Part shown: one piece after another, positions 28,700 to 38,271 of the stretch
Numbering within the stretch: the stretch's first letter is position 1
How the letters are laid out: each line of letters begins with the position of its first letter
IMG/VR virus record: IMGVR_UViG_3300046820_003928
Coordinates: 32,001-96,000 of that record
Length of the DNA stretch: 64,000 nucleotides
Reading direction: 5' to 3' (one strand)
Source of the DNA: a virus
The notes under the pieces: generated by a model
Told to the model about the DNA's origin: nothing
Database searches by the model: none
Seen by the model: only the letters and a program-made list of their open reading frames with translations
Position numbers and translations under genes: made by a program

Positions 28700-29881
28700 C
28701 TAATTCTTGGTAGTCTCTATCTTCTTAATTATTCTTCCCGGATCTATGTCTTCTCCTTGTCTCGGAGATCTTTCAATAAGATTATCATATTTTGCAGGAT
28801 CTCCCACGGCAGTTTTAATAATCTCTTCACCTCTATCAGATGCCATATATCCAGAATTATCAAGAATTTCAACATCACTAAGAACGAATCTGTTCACACG
28901 TCCAACAGCAGTTTCAACAGTAGGAGGTTCTGCTACTTGCTGTCTAATCTCATATGTGTCAAACACAACGTCAGGAGCTGTCTGGAACACTCTTGTCGGT
29001 GTCCCTAGGCCAGGATGACGCGGGGCTAGAATATAGGCAGGAACGCGAACAGAGAATGAGTATCGTATAATTCTTTCAGTAGCTGTAAAGTTCTCGAAGT
29101 TATCTCCAGATGTGAGAGTTCCCATTAAGAACGCTGTGAATGTGAAACCCTTGCTAGACTTAATCTGGAACTCTCTCCCTTGCCCGCTCGTCTTAATGAG
29201 CATTGTCTCAATAAGCTGGTTCATCTGGGACATGTATTGAGTCCAAAATGTTATTTCGTAATTGAGCTGAACAAAGACAGGATAGGGAATTGTGATAACT
29301 TCAAAAATGTTATTATTGGGATTGTTTTCAAGCGCAAAGTTTAATTTTCCGGTTCCATACGCAATCCCGGGTCCGTTTCTTCTTGAAGCAACTGTTCCTG
29401 GAACCGCTCCGTATCCCGGTGAGGTGCTAGTATCAAGAAAGTTCTTTCTAGCAGCAACATTATCTTGATTTTTAATAGAGAGACGATTGACAATGTTCTG
29501 GTAGTCTCGATCTGTTTCTGCCAGCCTCTTTCTTATGACGTAGTCAGTGTTCTGTCTGAAGGAGATGGCCACACCTCCCGCATCCGACTCTGTCTTAAAC
29601 CCTACATTGGTGCGCCTAACTGCTATCAGCGGAAGGATTAGAGCGTTGTTTTTATCTCTGATCGGCTTCTGCCTTCGAGTCAATACAAATCTTTCACCGG
29701 CAGCAAAGACAACCGGGACCTTTGTAGTCTGTTCATTGACATGAACTTCAAATGCTAGATCCTTGTCAAAGAGATCAAAAAGGGCCCGATCGACGTCTTC
29801 CATTCCGCAAGAAGGAAAGGAGAAGCTCTCGGGTACATTGTATCCTTCGTATCCTTTTTTAAGTGTCTCTTTAGGAGGCAT
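28700..29881 (-). CDS. Tail terminator / sheath stabiliser (gp15-like)
   Basis: KVPVVFAAGERF, LILPLIAVRR, P.PVFV.LNYEI.FWT.Y..QMNQLIE; between neck and sheath genes. Confidence 0.7.
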   Translation of the reverse strand: MPPKETLKKGYEGYNVPESFSFPSCGMEDVDRALFDLFDKDLAFEVHVNEQTTKVPVVFAAGERFVLTRRQKPIRDKNNALILPLIAVRRTNVGFKTESDAGGVAISFRQNTDYVIRKRLAETDRDYQNIVNRLSIKNQDNVAARKNFLDTSTSPGYGAVPGTVASRRNGPGIAYGTGKLNFALENNPNNNIFEVITIPYPVFVQLNYEITFWTQYMSQMNQLIETMLIKTSGQGREFQIKSSKGFTFTAFLMGTLTSGDNFENFTATERIIRYSFSVRVPAYILAPRHPGLGTPTRVFQTAPDVVFDTYEIRQQVAEPPTVETAVGRVNRFVLSDVEILDNSGYMASDRGEEIIKTAVGDPAKYDNLIERSPRQGEDIDPGRIIKKIETTKN

Positions 29882-29883
29882 GG

Positions 29884-30549
29884 CTATGACTCATCATAGA
29901 ACGAAGATCCAACATTGTCTGGGTCGCCAAGAAGTGACACCTCAGCCGGACCCGTAATCGGTGCATCAAGAACACCATTCTGTTGCAAAGCGCGGACATC
30001 CCCAGTAGCTCCCTGCTTGTTTTCAGAGAAGCCACGCTGCTGAACAAAGGTCTCTTGGACGGCGTCTGGATCTGAGTACCATTCTGACGTTGGTCCGAAT
30101 ATCTTTGACAAGAACTGTCCTTTTCTTGATTGCTTTCCTGTGATCGTGATGTAGCTTTTGTGTTCAATCTGGCCAAAAATTGTATCAGTTCTAGGGGCCT
30201 GTACGATCTCAAAGAACGTCTCACCGTAAGAGAAGAAATCTCCTTCTACAAGATCAATCTTTTTATCGATAAGATCTCTAACCTGAACATAGCACTCAAC
30301 TGTGTAGTACTCTTCTGATCCGAACTTGTTAGTTGAAATGGCCTGGGGTGAATACTTTACAAGACACTCAAGCTCAATTGGTGTCTCAAATATCTTGTCA
30401 GGTGCTTCTTCATAGACGTCGTGAACTCGCGTCTTGATCTCGTTGATAGAGAAATAGTAGATCTTCTGACCGATTACGTCCTTAATGAGCTCTTTGGCGA
30501 TGTCATTTATGAAGTTGATCTCTCTGGGTGTAACAAAAAGTCTTGACAT
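29884..30549 (-). CDS. Neck protein (gp14-like head closure)
   Basis: ELIKDVIGQKIYY, DVYEEA..K.F..PIEL, EGDFF; synteny. Confidence 0.7.
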   Translation of the reverse strand: MSRLFVTPREINFINDIAKELIKDVIGQKIYYFSINEIKTRVHDVYEEAPDKIFETPIELECLVKYSPQAISTNKFGSEEYYTVECYVQVRDLIDKKIDLVEGDFFSYGETFFEIVQAPRTDTIFGQIEHKSYITITGKQSRKGQFLSKIFGPTSEWYSDPDAVQETFVQQRGFSENKQGATGDVRALQQNGVLDAPITGPAEVSLLGDPDNVGSSFYDES

Positions 30550-30561
30550 GTAATCCTCCTG

Positions 30562-31737
30562 TTATCCCATGAAGATTGCTTTGCCATTAGGGACTGGTAT
30601 CTTGGCAAGCTGCTTTGTTAGATTTTCTGCCCGAGTAGCTGCTGTCTCAATTAGCTTGTCATAGGTAAGTGTATCAAGCATCTCTCTAAGCTTTGTATTT
30701 AGGTTTGTCTTGTCTTCTCTTCCACGAGTAATCAGATCTGAGCCGTTCAGGGTTACAGTTCCTCCCGGGATTGGAAGTGTTCCAAATTTATTTCTAATGA
30801 GACCAAGCTGTTCCATGCAGAGAGCAAGCGTATATTGCCTAATCCATTGCTTGCCCATGCTATTTACACGTGTGTAGTCAACATTTCCGAAAGGAATATT
30901 TGAGAGATTGGACACGCCGTTTGTGGATTGATCTTCATAGTCTGGATTGAGCGGGTTTGCGTAAAAGCGAACTCTCACCCAGAGCTTATTTGGGACCTCG
31001 TTCAAGGAAGGGGTCGGATAGATTCGAAGATTTGTTCCGATTACCTTGTAGGAATAGTTCGATCTCCTGACTCTGTTTGAGATGTCAAGCATTCCCGCCC
31101 TTAGTACGTCTTCAAAGACAGGCAAGACGTAAAATATTGTCTCTGGGGTGAAGGATTCAAATGAAAAAGCGTTGTTCAGATAGTTGATAGCCGAAGTTGT
31201 ATCGAAGAATCGATAGGCTGCCTGCGGGCTGAAGTGAAAGACCTCCATTATCCTCATCTTTGTCTTGGGAGATTCATTGTGACTCCCGCTAAAGAGAGCT
31301 ATCCCGTCTCCGCCAAGAAGGTCATTGTAGAGGTTATAGTCCTGCTGACCAGGCTTAAGGGTTATGGACCCTGAGTAGTGATTGTATGATCCTCCGAGAC
31401 CTGCCTCTGTTGCATAGGGCTCAGCAAATCTTGCAAGATATTCAAGGCTCTCTCTTGGCATCTTGTTTGACGCCTCATCTCCAGATCCCGTGTTAAAACC
31501 GAGATATGTAAGAAGTTGAGATTTTGCCTGGTATTGATTTAGTATGTTACCATACTCCAGGGTGGCCTCTTCGAAGTTTCCCCAGACCATCTTTTTCGTG
31601 AGCTCAACAGAAAGAACGTCGTCTCCAAGCTTTCTCTTGACAAAGACAACCATTTTATCCGCATCAGTCTGGAAGACAGAGTCTAAATCGAATATCCCGA
31701 AAGGGGTAGGATTCAGGGTTGTGCTAAAAATTGACAT
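30562..31737 (-). CDS. Neck protein (gp13-like head-tail adaptor)
   Basis: RKLG..VLSVEL, WIRQYTLAL..EQLG.IR.KF..LPIPGG.VTLNG. Confidence 0.85.
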   Translation of the reverse strand: MSIFSTTLNPTPFGIFDLDSVFQTDADKMVVFVKRKLGDDVLSVELTKKMVWGNFEEATLEYGNILNQYQAKSQLLTYLGFNTGSGDEASNKMPRESLEYLARFAEPYATEAGLGGSYNHYSGSITLKPGQQDYNLYNDLLGGDGIALFSGSHNESPKTKMRIMEVFHFSPQAAYRFFDTTSAINYLNNAFSFESFTPETIFYVLPVFEDVLRAGMLDISNRVRRSNYSYKVIGTNLRIYPTPSLNEVPNKLWVRVRFYANPLNPDYEDQSTNGVSNLSNIPFGNVDYTRVNSMGKQWIRQYTLALCMEQLGLIRNKFGTLPIPGGTVTLNGSDLITRGREDKTNLNTKLREMLDTLTYDKLIETAATRAENLTKQLAKIPVPNGKAIFMG

Positions 31738-31780
31738 TTGCTCACCCACATTCTAGAAGTAAATAGGCTGCAAACGCAAG

Positions 31781-31808
31781 TCAAGCGCCCAAGATTTTGG
31801 ACGCTTGA
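31781..31808 (-). terminator. Putative intrinsic terminator
   Basis: TCAAGCGTCCAA-AATC-TTGGGCGCTTGA then CTTGCGTTT on the minus strand. Confidence 0.5.
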
Positions 31809-31817
31809 TCTATAATG

Positions 31818-32276
31818 CTAAACTAGATCTTTTTCTGCAACAATTTCAAAGGATCCTGATTCCCATTTGACTTTCATCTTTCTTCCATCGGGATACTTTC
31901 CTATCCAGACGACAGTTCCTGACTTGCCACCCTTTTGAATGCTTGAACCGACAGTCAAGTGAACTGCTGTCTTTGTGCTGCTCTTTTTGGACTTTGGTGA
32001 GGGTGAATCCTTGACATCGAGAGCCTGGACAGGCTTTTCTTCTTCGAGACTTGGCGCTTTGTCGAATGTCGTGAGAGGAGCTTCTTTAGAAAGAGATTCA
32101 GATGGGGACACCAGCTCTGCTGTCTGGGCGTCTGTTACCTGAAGAGGTTCGACATGAAAACCTGAAGCACTAGCAGAGGCATCTGTAGTTACAGCTGGGA
32201 TAGACTTGTCATCGACCTTGCTGGGCTGATTCTGATGCTGAGTCTTAGGGTTTTGCTTTTTTTGCTTTTTTCCCAT
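31818..32276 (-). CDS. Hypothetical protein (disordered N-terminus, SH3-like C-terminus)
   Basis: Lys/Ser/Pro-rich N-terminus; C-terminal VGSSIQK...GTVVWIG...KVKWESG...EKDL. Confidence 0.55.
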   Translation of the reverse strand: MGKKQKKQNPKTQHQNQPSKVDDKSIPAVTTDASASASGFHVEPLQVTDAQTAELVSPSESLSKEAPLTTFDKAPSLEEEKPVQALDVKDSPSPKSKKSSTKTAVHLTVGSSIQKGGKSGTVVWIGKYPDGRKMKVKWESGSFEIVAEKDLV

Positions 32277-32279
32277 AAA

Positions 32280-32711
32280 TTAGCTCACGACTGGAGAGAG
32301 CGTATTTCCAATTGCAACGTTGTGCGCAGACATTAGACTCCAGCCTACATTTGTCCAGATAAGTTCAGCGACATCTCCGGCATTCGTAAATACGATCTGT
32401 GAAAGCTGATTCCCCTTGGAGACTGAAATTGTTGCATCCCCGCCATCGGAGACCATCATGATACGCTTTAGTTGTCCCACAGCACTTCCGTTTCCAAGCT
32501 CGAGAGCAGCAGATCCTGCTGCTACGTCCACGTAGGATGTGTGACACCGCACACTGACTGGGCCAGATGCTGTAACAGTCTCGGGAGCAGCAGCAGGAAT
32601 AAACCCAGCAAAACATACAGAGCTTGCAATTCCAGTAGATCCATCAACACTAAAGCCAGATCCCGGGTATTGAACGAGGCCCTCTCCCGGGCTATAAACT
32701 ACACTTGGCAT
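32280..32711 (-). CDS. Hypothetical beta-rich virion protein
   Basis: Good RBS (CAGGAG), upstream TATAGTTA, G/A/S/V-rich. Confidence 0.55.
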   Translation of the reverse strand: MPSVVYSPGEGLVQYPGSGFSVDGSTGIASSVCFAGFIPAAAPETVTASGPVSVRCHTSYVDVAAGSAALELGNGSAVGQLKRIMMVSDGGDATISVSKGNQLSQIVFTNAGDVAELIWTNVGWSLMSAHNVAIGNTLSPVVS

Positions 32712-32807
32712 ATGATCTCCTGTTTTCTTTGCTAGCTTTTAGAAAAGCTTGATAGCAGTATTGTACTTATAACTATACTGGCGTTTAAAAAGACATACAA
32801 TCAAGGA

Positions 32808-34550
32808 CTATCCCTTAATGCACATCTGAACGAAAGATCGCAAAGTGATCTCTGAGATCGTTTCTGGCTTGTCCAGAATGTTCCAGATTTCTTTCTTTGA
32901 CCTGTCGTCCAAGTCGCTTGGTAGCAGTGAAACAAACTGTTTTTCACTCCTGGATGCGAGTAGATCCCTCATATGAGTTCCGGATATTCTTTCTCCGCTA
33001 GAAAGCTGGACATTTTTTACGAAGACGGGTTCAATTCTCCCAGTGCCGTACTGGACTGGATAGTATTTCTGCAGAGACTCTGGAGAAAATCTGTCCTTAT
33101 CGTCTTCTCCTGCATAGAGTCTAAAAAAGACCTCAGGATCGTTAGCGTATGATCTTATTGCGCCTCTTGTGTCTCCCACAGGTTCTGCGCTGTAGCTAAT
33201 GTCTACATTTTTAGGAAGAATTGGTTCAAGATATCTCTTCCATATTTTTATCATGTCTGAACCAGAGATCTGGACTCCTCCGCTCTCTCTTGATTTTACT
33301 GAAACAATGAGAAATACCTTGTCGTTCTCTCTTGCAGCTTGCTCAATAACTGCCCAGTGTCCCTTGTGAACTGGTTTCACTGCCATCGGGACGACTCCGA
33401 TACTGACAGATCCTCTTCCCTTTCCTAGCCCGACTGCCTGTCGCTTTCCGAGAATATTACGAACAGCAGCAAGAGCGTCTTCTTGAATGTTTATGAGATT
33501 TTTTCTATCATTTTCTACGCCGACTGTAGCAAAGTCTTCCCTTGACATCGAAAAAACAATCTTAGAAAGGAAGGAGATTGCATCACCCATCGGTTCATCG
33601 TCAAGGTCGTCTTCATCAATTTTATTTCTAATGAACTTTGAAAGTTTTTCGTAATAAACATTCTCTTCTTCTGCAGATTTCTCACCAAACTCTTCTTGCT
33701 TCTTGGCACGTCTCGCTTCCTGGTCGTGCTGATCAGCCCGGGACGTCTTGAATAGCTTTCCAGTAAATCTTGTAGTCTGGCCGGTTTCTGGATCAGCAAT
33801 CGGAGAAACCACAACACCCTCAGCATCTCCACCAAGAGAAGAAGTAAAATCAGACAGAACATTAACAAAGGTGTCCAGAACTCCTTTCCAGTTCCCCCTT
33901 GAAATAAAACTGTCTATCTCTTCACTTAGATTCTCAAATCTTGTGCGAATACTGCTATCTTTGCACCCGTCGATAATTGAATCTGTAGAATCAAGTCTTC
34001 CTTCAAATATGACGGGATAAGCTTCGAGGTCAAGTGCACGTCTAAATTCTTCTTTTCTTTGTGTATCGTTTTCAAACTCTGCAAGAGATGTGACCCTGCC
34101 TCCTCTAAGGGAGTATGTTGTAGGTCCAAACCCAGTCAAAAATAGACCGCCTGTCTTTTCATAGCTCCTTGAAATTGTCGGCTTTCTCTGGATGAACTCA
34201 ACAAAAAATTCATAGTCCCTAGGAATTTTTGATGTTTGCGGGTGGACACGTGCAAGATGATCATGGACAAAAGAATACTGGCTTCTTCCTGCTGACTGTC
34301 TCTCTATTTCCTTTTCTCTGCCTAGCCCCTTTAGGCCGGCAAATTCCTCAGGAAAAACAACGTTTTCCTTGTATGAGACTATCCAGTTGTTTAGATAGCT
34401 CTTAGGATCAAAAGGCTGATCATTTCTAATAAGAGTAAGCTTTGTACCATCAAGCTTCTCTTCAACAACCATGTATTGATTGCAAAATTCTTTGGCTGCA
34501 GAATTTGATGTGATAGTCTTGACAATCTTTGGAATTGAAATATCAAGCAT
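32808..34550 (-). CDS. Fusion of ATP-dependent ligase-like nucleotidyltransferase and HxGH (cytidylyl/NMN adenylyl) transferase domains
   Basis: N-terminal EEKLDG (motif I), FFVEF, AEGVVV (IV), LFK (V). C-terminal Rossmann VKPVHKGH...DKVFLIVS...ISGTHMR. Confidence 0.75.
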   Translation of the reverse strand: MLDISIPKIVKTITSNSAAKEFCNQYMVVEEKLDGTKLTLIRNDQPFDPKSYLNNWIVSYKENVVFPEEFAGLKGLGREKEIERQSAGRSQYSFVHDHLARVHPQTSKIPRDYEFFVEFIQRKPTISRSYEKTGGLFLTGFGPTTYSLRGGRVTSLAEFENDTQRKEEFRRALDLEAYPVIFEGRLDSTDSIIDGCKDSSIRTRFENLSEEIDSFISRGNWKGVLDTFVNVLSDFTSSLGGDAEGVVVSPIADPETGQTTRFTGKLFKTSRADQHDQEARRAKKQEEFGEKSAEEENVYYEKLSKFIRNKIDEDDLDDEPMGDAISFLSKIVFSMSREDFATVGVENDRKNLINIQEDALAAVRNILGKRQAVGLGKGRGSVSIGVVPMAVKPVHKGHWAVIEQAARENDKVFLIVSVKSRESGGVQISGSDMIKIWKRYLEPILPKNVDISYSAEPVGDTRGAIRSYANDPEVFFRLYAGEDDKDRFSPESLQKYYPVQYGTGRIEPVFVKNVQLSSGERISGTHMRDLLASRSEKQFVSLLPSDLDDRSKKEIWNILDKPETISEITLRSFVQMCIKG

Positions 34551-35841
34551 TGAGAATTCCTCTGATTAGCCTGCGTAGCCCTTCTTCAAGTTCAACTGGC
34601 GCAAGCTCTTCATCGTCACTAGCGAGCGAGCCTCTATCCGCCATTTTCAGCTTGAATCTTTTATAATATTTCTCAAGCATTGCCTCAATCTCTTCAGGAG
34701 GTAGCACTTCATTGAGAACATCATCAAATCCAAAAGATCTAATTGCAGCAACAGCAGCTGCCTTTGGCTTGATGTCCTTGGCCTCACTATACGTGCTGAT
34801 CTCTTGTCCGTGATCACCTATAAGCTTATACAAAAAAGATTTAAGAACTTTCCCACAAAACTTCCTGCCCTCGGGATCTGGTAGAAGATTCTCTCGCATA
34901 ATATCGAGTAATCCTAAAAAGGATCTCATCTTCTCAAGATCCTCAGGCTCAGCAGAAAATCCAAAGGCTGCCTCGAAGATTTTTTCAGCATCAGTCACGT
35001 ATTTTTTCTCGCTAGGCTGCGTCACCTTGTAGACAGGCTGCCCCTCGTGTTCATAATCTTGCTTTGTAAGACGCGTTGTCCCTAGACCCTTGTCAACTGC
35101 AAGAGACTGCATATGGAGATCTGGTCCGGGCTCTTTCACAAGTCTTAGCTTTTCTTTTGTCGAAGCTGGGGTAGCAATATGTCCAGAGACACGAGATCTG
35201 ATTGATACGAGAGACTGCAACAGGTATTTGTGAAAAACTCCCTTGACTGACTGCTGAACATCTCGCCAGTTGGATGAGTGACTCAATTTGACCCATGATT
35301 TTAATGCTTTAGAAGTCTTCTCATCCTCTCCCTGCACTGGAATAGGTTGTGGCATAAAGTCAAACTGAATATATGGATTTCCCTTTCCATCCACGTACTG
35401 AAAGATTGTATTTGTGCCCCTATCATTGGCAACATTTTCGTTTGGCTGGATCTTCGTTCCAATAATCTTAAATTTGGATCCGAGCATCGATCCCTTGTTT
35501 TGATCGAGGAACTTTATTAACGAAGATCCGCGCTCTCCTGCTTGCGGGATGTAGATGTCAAGATCGCTAAAGGTCTCTTTATAAAATGAGAAATCCTCGT
35601 CGCTGATGCTAGGGTCAACGATGTGCTCAGTTGAACCGCCAAAGATCAAAAGATCACTGAAGTAGCTCTCAAGTTCGGGCCAAAGCAACTTGCCAAACAT
35701 TGATGAAAATCCATCATTGAGAGCAGACAGCATTTCTTTGATATCTGCAATAAATCGATTTCTAGCGTTCTCTGATTTGAATTTAAGAGAATTTCCAGAG
35801 ATCAGTTTGCCATCAAGATCATAACGATAATTTCCACCCAT
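34543..35841 (-). CDS. Pol-beta-superfamily nucleotidyltransferase
   Basis: IFGGS...FSDLDIYI...YIQFDF acidic triad; MGGN start. Confidence 0.65.
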   Translation of the reverse strand: MGGNYRYDLDGKLISGNSLKFKSENARNRFIADIKEMLSALNDGFSSMFGKLLWPELESYFSDLLIFGGSTEHIVDPSISDEDFSFYKETFSDLDIYIPQAGERGSSLIKFLDQNKGSMLGSKFKIIGTKIQPNENVANDRGTNTIFQYVDGKGNPYIQFDFMPQPIPVQGEDEKTSKALKSWVKLSHSSNWRDVQQSVKGVFHKYLLQSLVSIRSRVSGHIATPASTKEKLRLVKEPGPDLHMQSLAVDKGLGTTRLTKQDYEHEGQPVYKVTQPSEKKYVTDAEKIFEAAFGFSAEPEDLEKMRSFLGLLDIMRENLLPDPEGRKFCGKVLKSFLYKLIGDHGQEISTYSEAKDIKPKAAAVAAIRSFGFDDVLNEVLPPEEIEAMLEKYYKRFKLKMADRGSLASDDEELAPVELEEGLRRLIRGILNA

Positions 35842-35865
35842 ATGCAATCACTCGCTTTTAGCTAA

Positions 35866-37278
35866 CTATCGTGAAATAGTAAAAATCTTTGATCCTGCAC
35901 CCCAGATCCTAAAAACTCGGGATTCTGATGCTATCTGTCGCTCAGATTTTCCATCTCTTGCTCTGAACTTAAATCGATCAAACCTGCTTCTGAGATCTGA
36001 GTACCAGTAGTCAGGACCCGTTGATCCCACTTCGACAAATCCCGACTTTAGATACCCTTCTCCCTTTCCGACTCGACGATCGACGTAAGTCATCAATCCT
36101 TGTTTTTCAGATTCTACTGCATATTTGTAAGCCACACTAGAAATTCTCGACAATCCTCCTGGAATATTCCATCCGGGAGCAATTGCAAATCTTGAGATCT
36201 CAAGCCATTCATTCCACTTTTTCTGTCGTGGCGCCCGCAAAGACATACAAGCAACAATCTCGCCCTTGTGCTCTAGCCCCCACGCGATCTTTGCTACTGC
36301 ATACCCAGACAGGTGGCTTCTTTCAAAAAACTGTCGCTGCGTATGAGCGTCAACTTCTACAATCTTGCACTGTCTTGCTCCAGCGTGATATTTAAAAAGA
36401 CCTAGACGACTAAGGATCATACCTTTGACAATCTCCTGTCGATCTTGCCATTCATCTTGAAAAATCTGTAAGAGTCGAACTCCTGCAGCATCTGCAAGAT
36501 TTGCCTTTATAGAATGTGCTTTAGGGTCACACCCAGTTTTTGCCTCAGAGTGAAAATAGAGACCGTGACACTCGATGCCAAGATTCTTCTCTGGAACAAA
36601 GATGTCAATCTCTTTCGGGGCTATTACAGTTCTGTCTCCCCTTCTTGTCTGTATGCCAAGATCTTTGATCCAGGACTCGACCTCAATCTGCCATTGAGAC
36701 GCTGTGACTGGGTGACAGGTCTCACAGAGGGATCCTCGTTCAAATGCTTGCAAAGTCTTCTGCTGGATATCTCCACAGGTTTTGCATCTGAGTTCAAGAT
36801 ATTGACGCTGTCTGCTAAAATATTCATGCAAAGGAGTTAGAAGCTTAAAATCAGAATCTCTTTCCTCGATTCGTGATGCTATCGTCTCTTTCCCCAGCCG
36901 CTTTGAGATGCTGATGCGTGCCCGAGTGACATCATCGTGCCTGCGACCAAAAAAGGGATTTCCGGATCCAGATACCTTGTTAGAAATTTCTCTAATGCGA
37001 GAGTCAGTCTGCGCCGTTTTTCCCTTGTTCCATGATTCAGCCCTTCCTCCCTTTGCGCCGCCTTCTCTAGCTGCAATTCTGGAACACCCTTGACAGTATT
37101 TCTTAAACTGGAAAGAAGAGTATCTCGTTAAAGATCCACATGAAGCGCAAAGGGGTCGCACATCATGATGATGGAACTTTATTGTATATTCCTCTCCTGA
37201 CATGCCATGAGACTTCTTGATATGGTTTGACAGAGATTTACCATCAGGAAAATCAGCATCGCATCCAAGACACTTCAT
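35866..37278 (-). CDS. Hef-like homing endonuclease: Zn fingers + NUMOD + PD-(D/E)xK nuclease + GNAT/Mom-like C-terminal domain
   Basis: C2H2 N-terminus, GNPFFGRRH, EIDIFVPEKNLGIECHGLYFHS, LEISRF...TYVDRR.G.G.GY..SGF. Confidence 0.7.
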   Translation of the reverse strand: MKCLGCDADFPDGKSLSNHIKKSHGMSGEEYTIKFHHHDVRPLCASCGSLTRYSSFQFKKYCQGCSRIAAREGGAKGGRAESWNKGKTAQTDSRIREISNKVSGSGNPFFGRRHDDVTRARISISKRLGKETIASRIEERDSDFKLLTPLHEYFSRQRQYLELRCKTCGDIQQKTLQAFERGSLCETCHPVTASQWQIEVESWIKDLGIQTRRGDRTVIAPKEIDIFVPEKNLGIECHGLYFHSEAKTGCDPKAHSIKANLADAAGVRLLQIFQDEWQDRQEIVKGMILSRLGLFKYHAGARQCKIVEVDAHTQRQFFERSHLSGYAVAKIAWGLEHKGEIVACMSLRAPRQKKWNEWLEISRFAIAPGWNIPGGLSRISSVAYKYAVESEKQGLMTYVDRRVGKGEGYLKSGFVEVGSTGPDYWYSDLRSRFDRFKFRARDGKSERQIASESRVFRIWGAGSKIFTISR

Positions 37279-37364
37279 GTCATAATACCCTTGTATGATA
37301 TTTATTCTAATAGAAAATGATGTTTATAAAACAAAAACGGCCACCCCGGTGAGAGCGTAGCGAA

Positions 37365-38153
37365 TCAAGAGAATCTAACCACCTCAAGATGCGCTTCGTT
37401 CTGGATGCACCATGTCATTGTTGCACGCCACTTTTCACGGTCGGTGTCAGTCTCATGCCCTTTCACCTCGTACAGAGTCTTTCTGTCAAGCGTCAGAAAG
37501 TCTGGGATGTAGACCCGCTCGACACCGTTCGGGTCCACGTACGGGATGCGGATGCCGTGCTGCTTGGTGACAGGAATATTCCGTTCGATGCACTCATCGA
37601 GGAATCGAGTCTCCCAGGAGGAGTGCATGTATTCCTCCCGACCGGTGAATGGGTTGAGCTTCCACTCGGTTCTGTAGGGCGCCTGGGGACCGATCTTGCC
37701 CTGCTCGAGGAGATCACAAGCTCGGGAGGACTGCAGCTTTCTCTTCCCAGCTGATTCGGGCTTCTGCCAGTTCTCGGCGTTTGTTTTTGCTGAGCGCTTT
37801 CGGACTTCAGGGGTGATGTGCGCTCGCATAAGCGAAGCTTGATTTGTTGCCTTGTCTTTATTTTCTCCGTAAAAACGGACTAAGTTTTTACGATTCTTCT
37901 CGCCAATTTTCGCTTTCGATTCATTTGTCAGACGACCCTCAATTCTTGCCGAGTGGCCGTGAATATACCGCAGAAATCTCATTCCCTGAGATCTTGAGAA
38001 GGGTACATCGAGTCCGCAGCCACATTCACACTTTGGGTTGACTCCTCCGTGTATGTAGTTTAGAAGATAACTTTCGTAAGAAGTGTTGTGTGCCCGGAGC
38101 ACGTGTGGTGCAAGACGTTCGAAATCTTTCTGGCAGATTTTGCATGATTCCAT
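37365..38153 (-). CDS. Homing endonuclease-like protein (Zn finger + TnsA-like PD-(D/E)xK)
   Basis: CKIC...H...H, CECGCG, HSSWETRF, IPY......YIPDF.....LYEVKG. Confidence 0.75.
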   Translation of the reverse strand: MESCKICQKDFERLAPHVLRAHNTSYESYLLNYIHGGVNPKCECGCGLDVPFSRSQGMRFLRYIHGHSARIEGRLTNESKAKIGEKNRKNLVRFYGENKDKATNQASLMRAHITPEVRKRSAKTNAENWQKPESAGKRKLQSSRACDLLEQGKIGPQAPYRTEWKLNPFTGREEYMHSSWETRFLDECIERNIPVTKQHGIRIPYVDPNGVERVYIPDFLTLDRKTLYEVKGHETDTDREKWRATMTWCIQNEAHLEVVRFS

Positions 38154-38189
38154 GATTAGATTATATTCATATCAACATGAAAGTTATAT

Positions 38190-38232
38190 AAAAAAGAAAC
38201 AAAGATGGCGCCCTTTTTAGGGGGCGCCATCT
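38190..38232 (-). terminator. Intrinsic terminator after the major capsid gene
   Basis: AGATGGCGCCC-CCTAAAAA-GGGCGCCATCT followed by TTGTTTCTTTTTT. Confidence 0.85.
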
Positions 38233-38271
38233 ATATAGTTGATCTAATTGATTAGATTAGATTACGTTCAA

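Noticed and set aside
12256-29881. Extracellular contractile injection system (eCIS/tailocin)
   Set aside because: Two sheaths are eCIS-like, but capsid, portal, terminase and replication genes show a complete phage.
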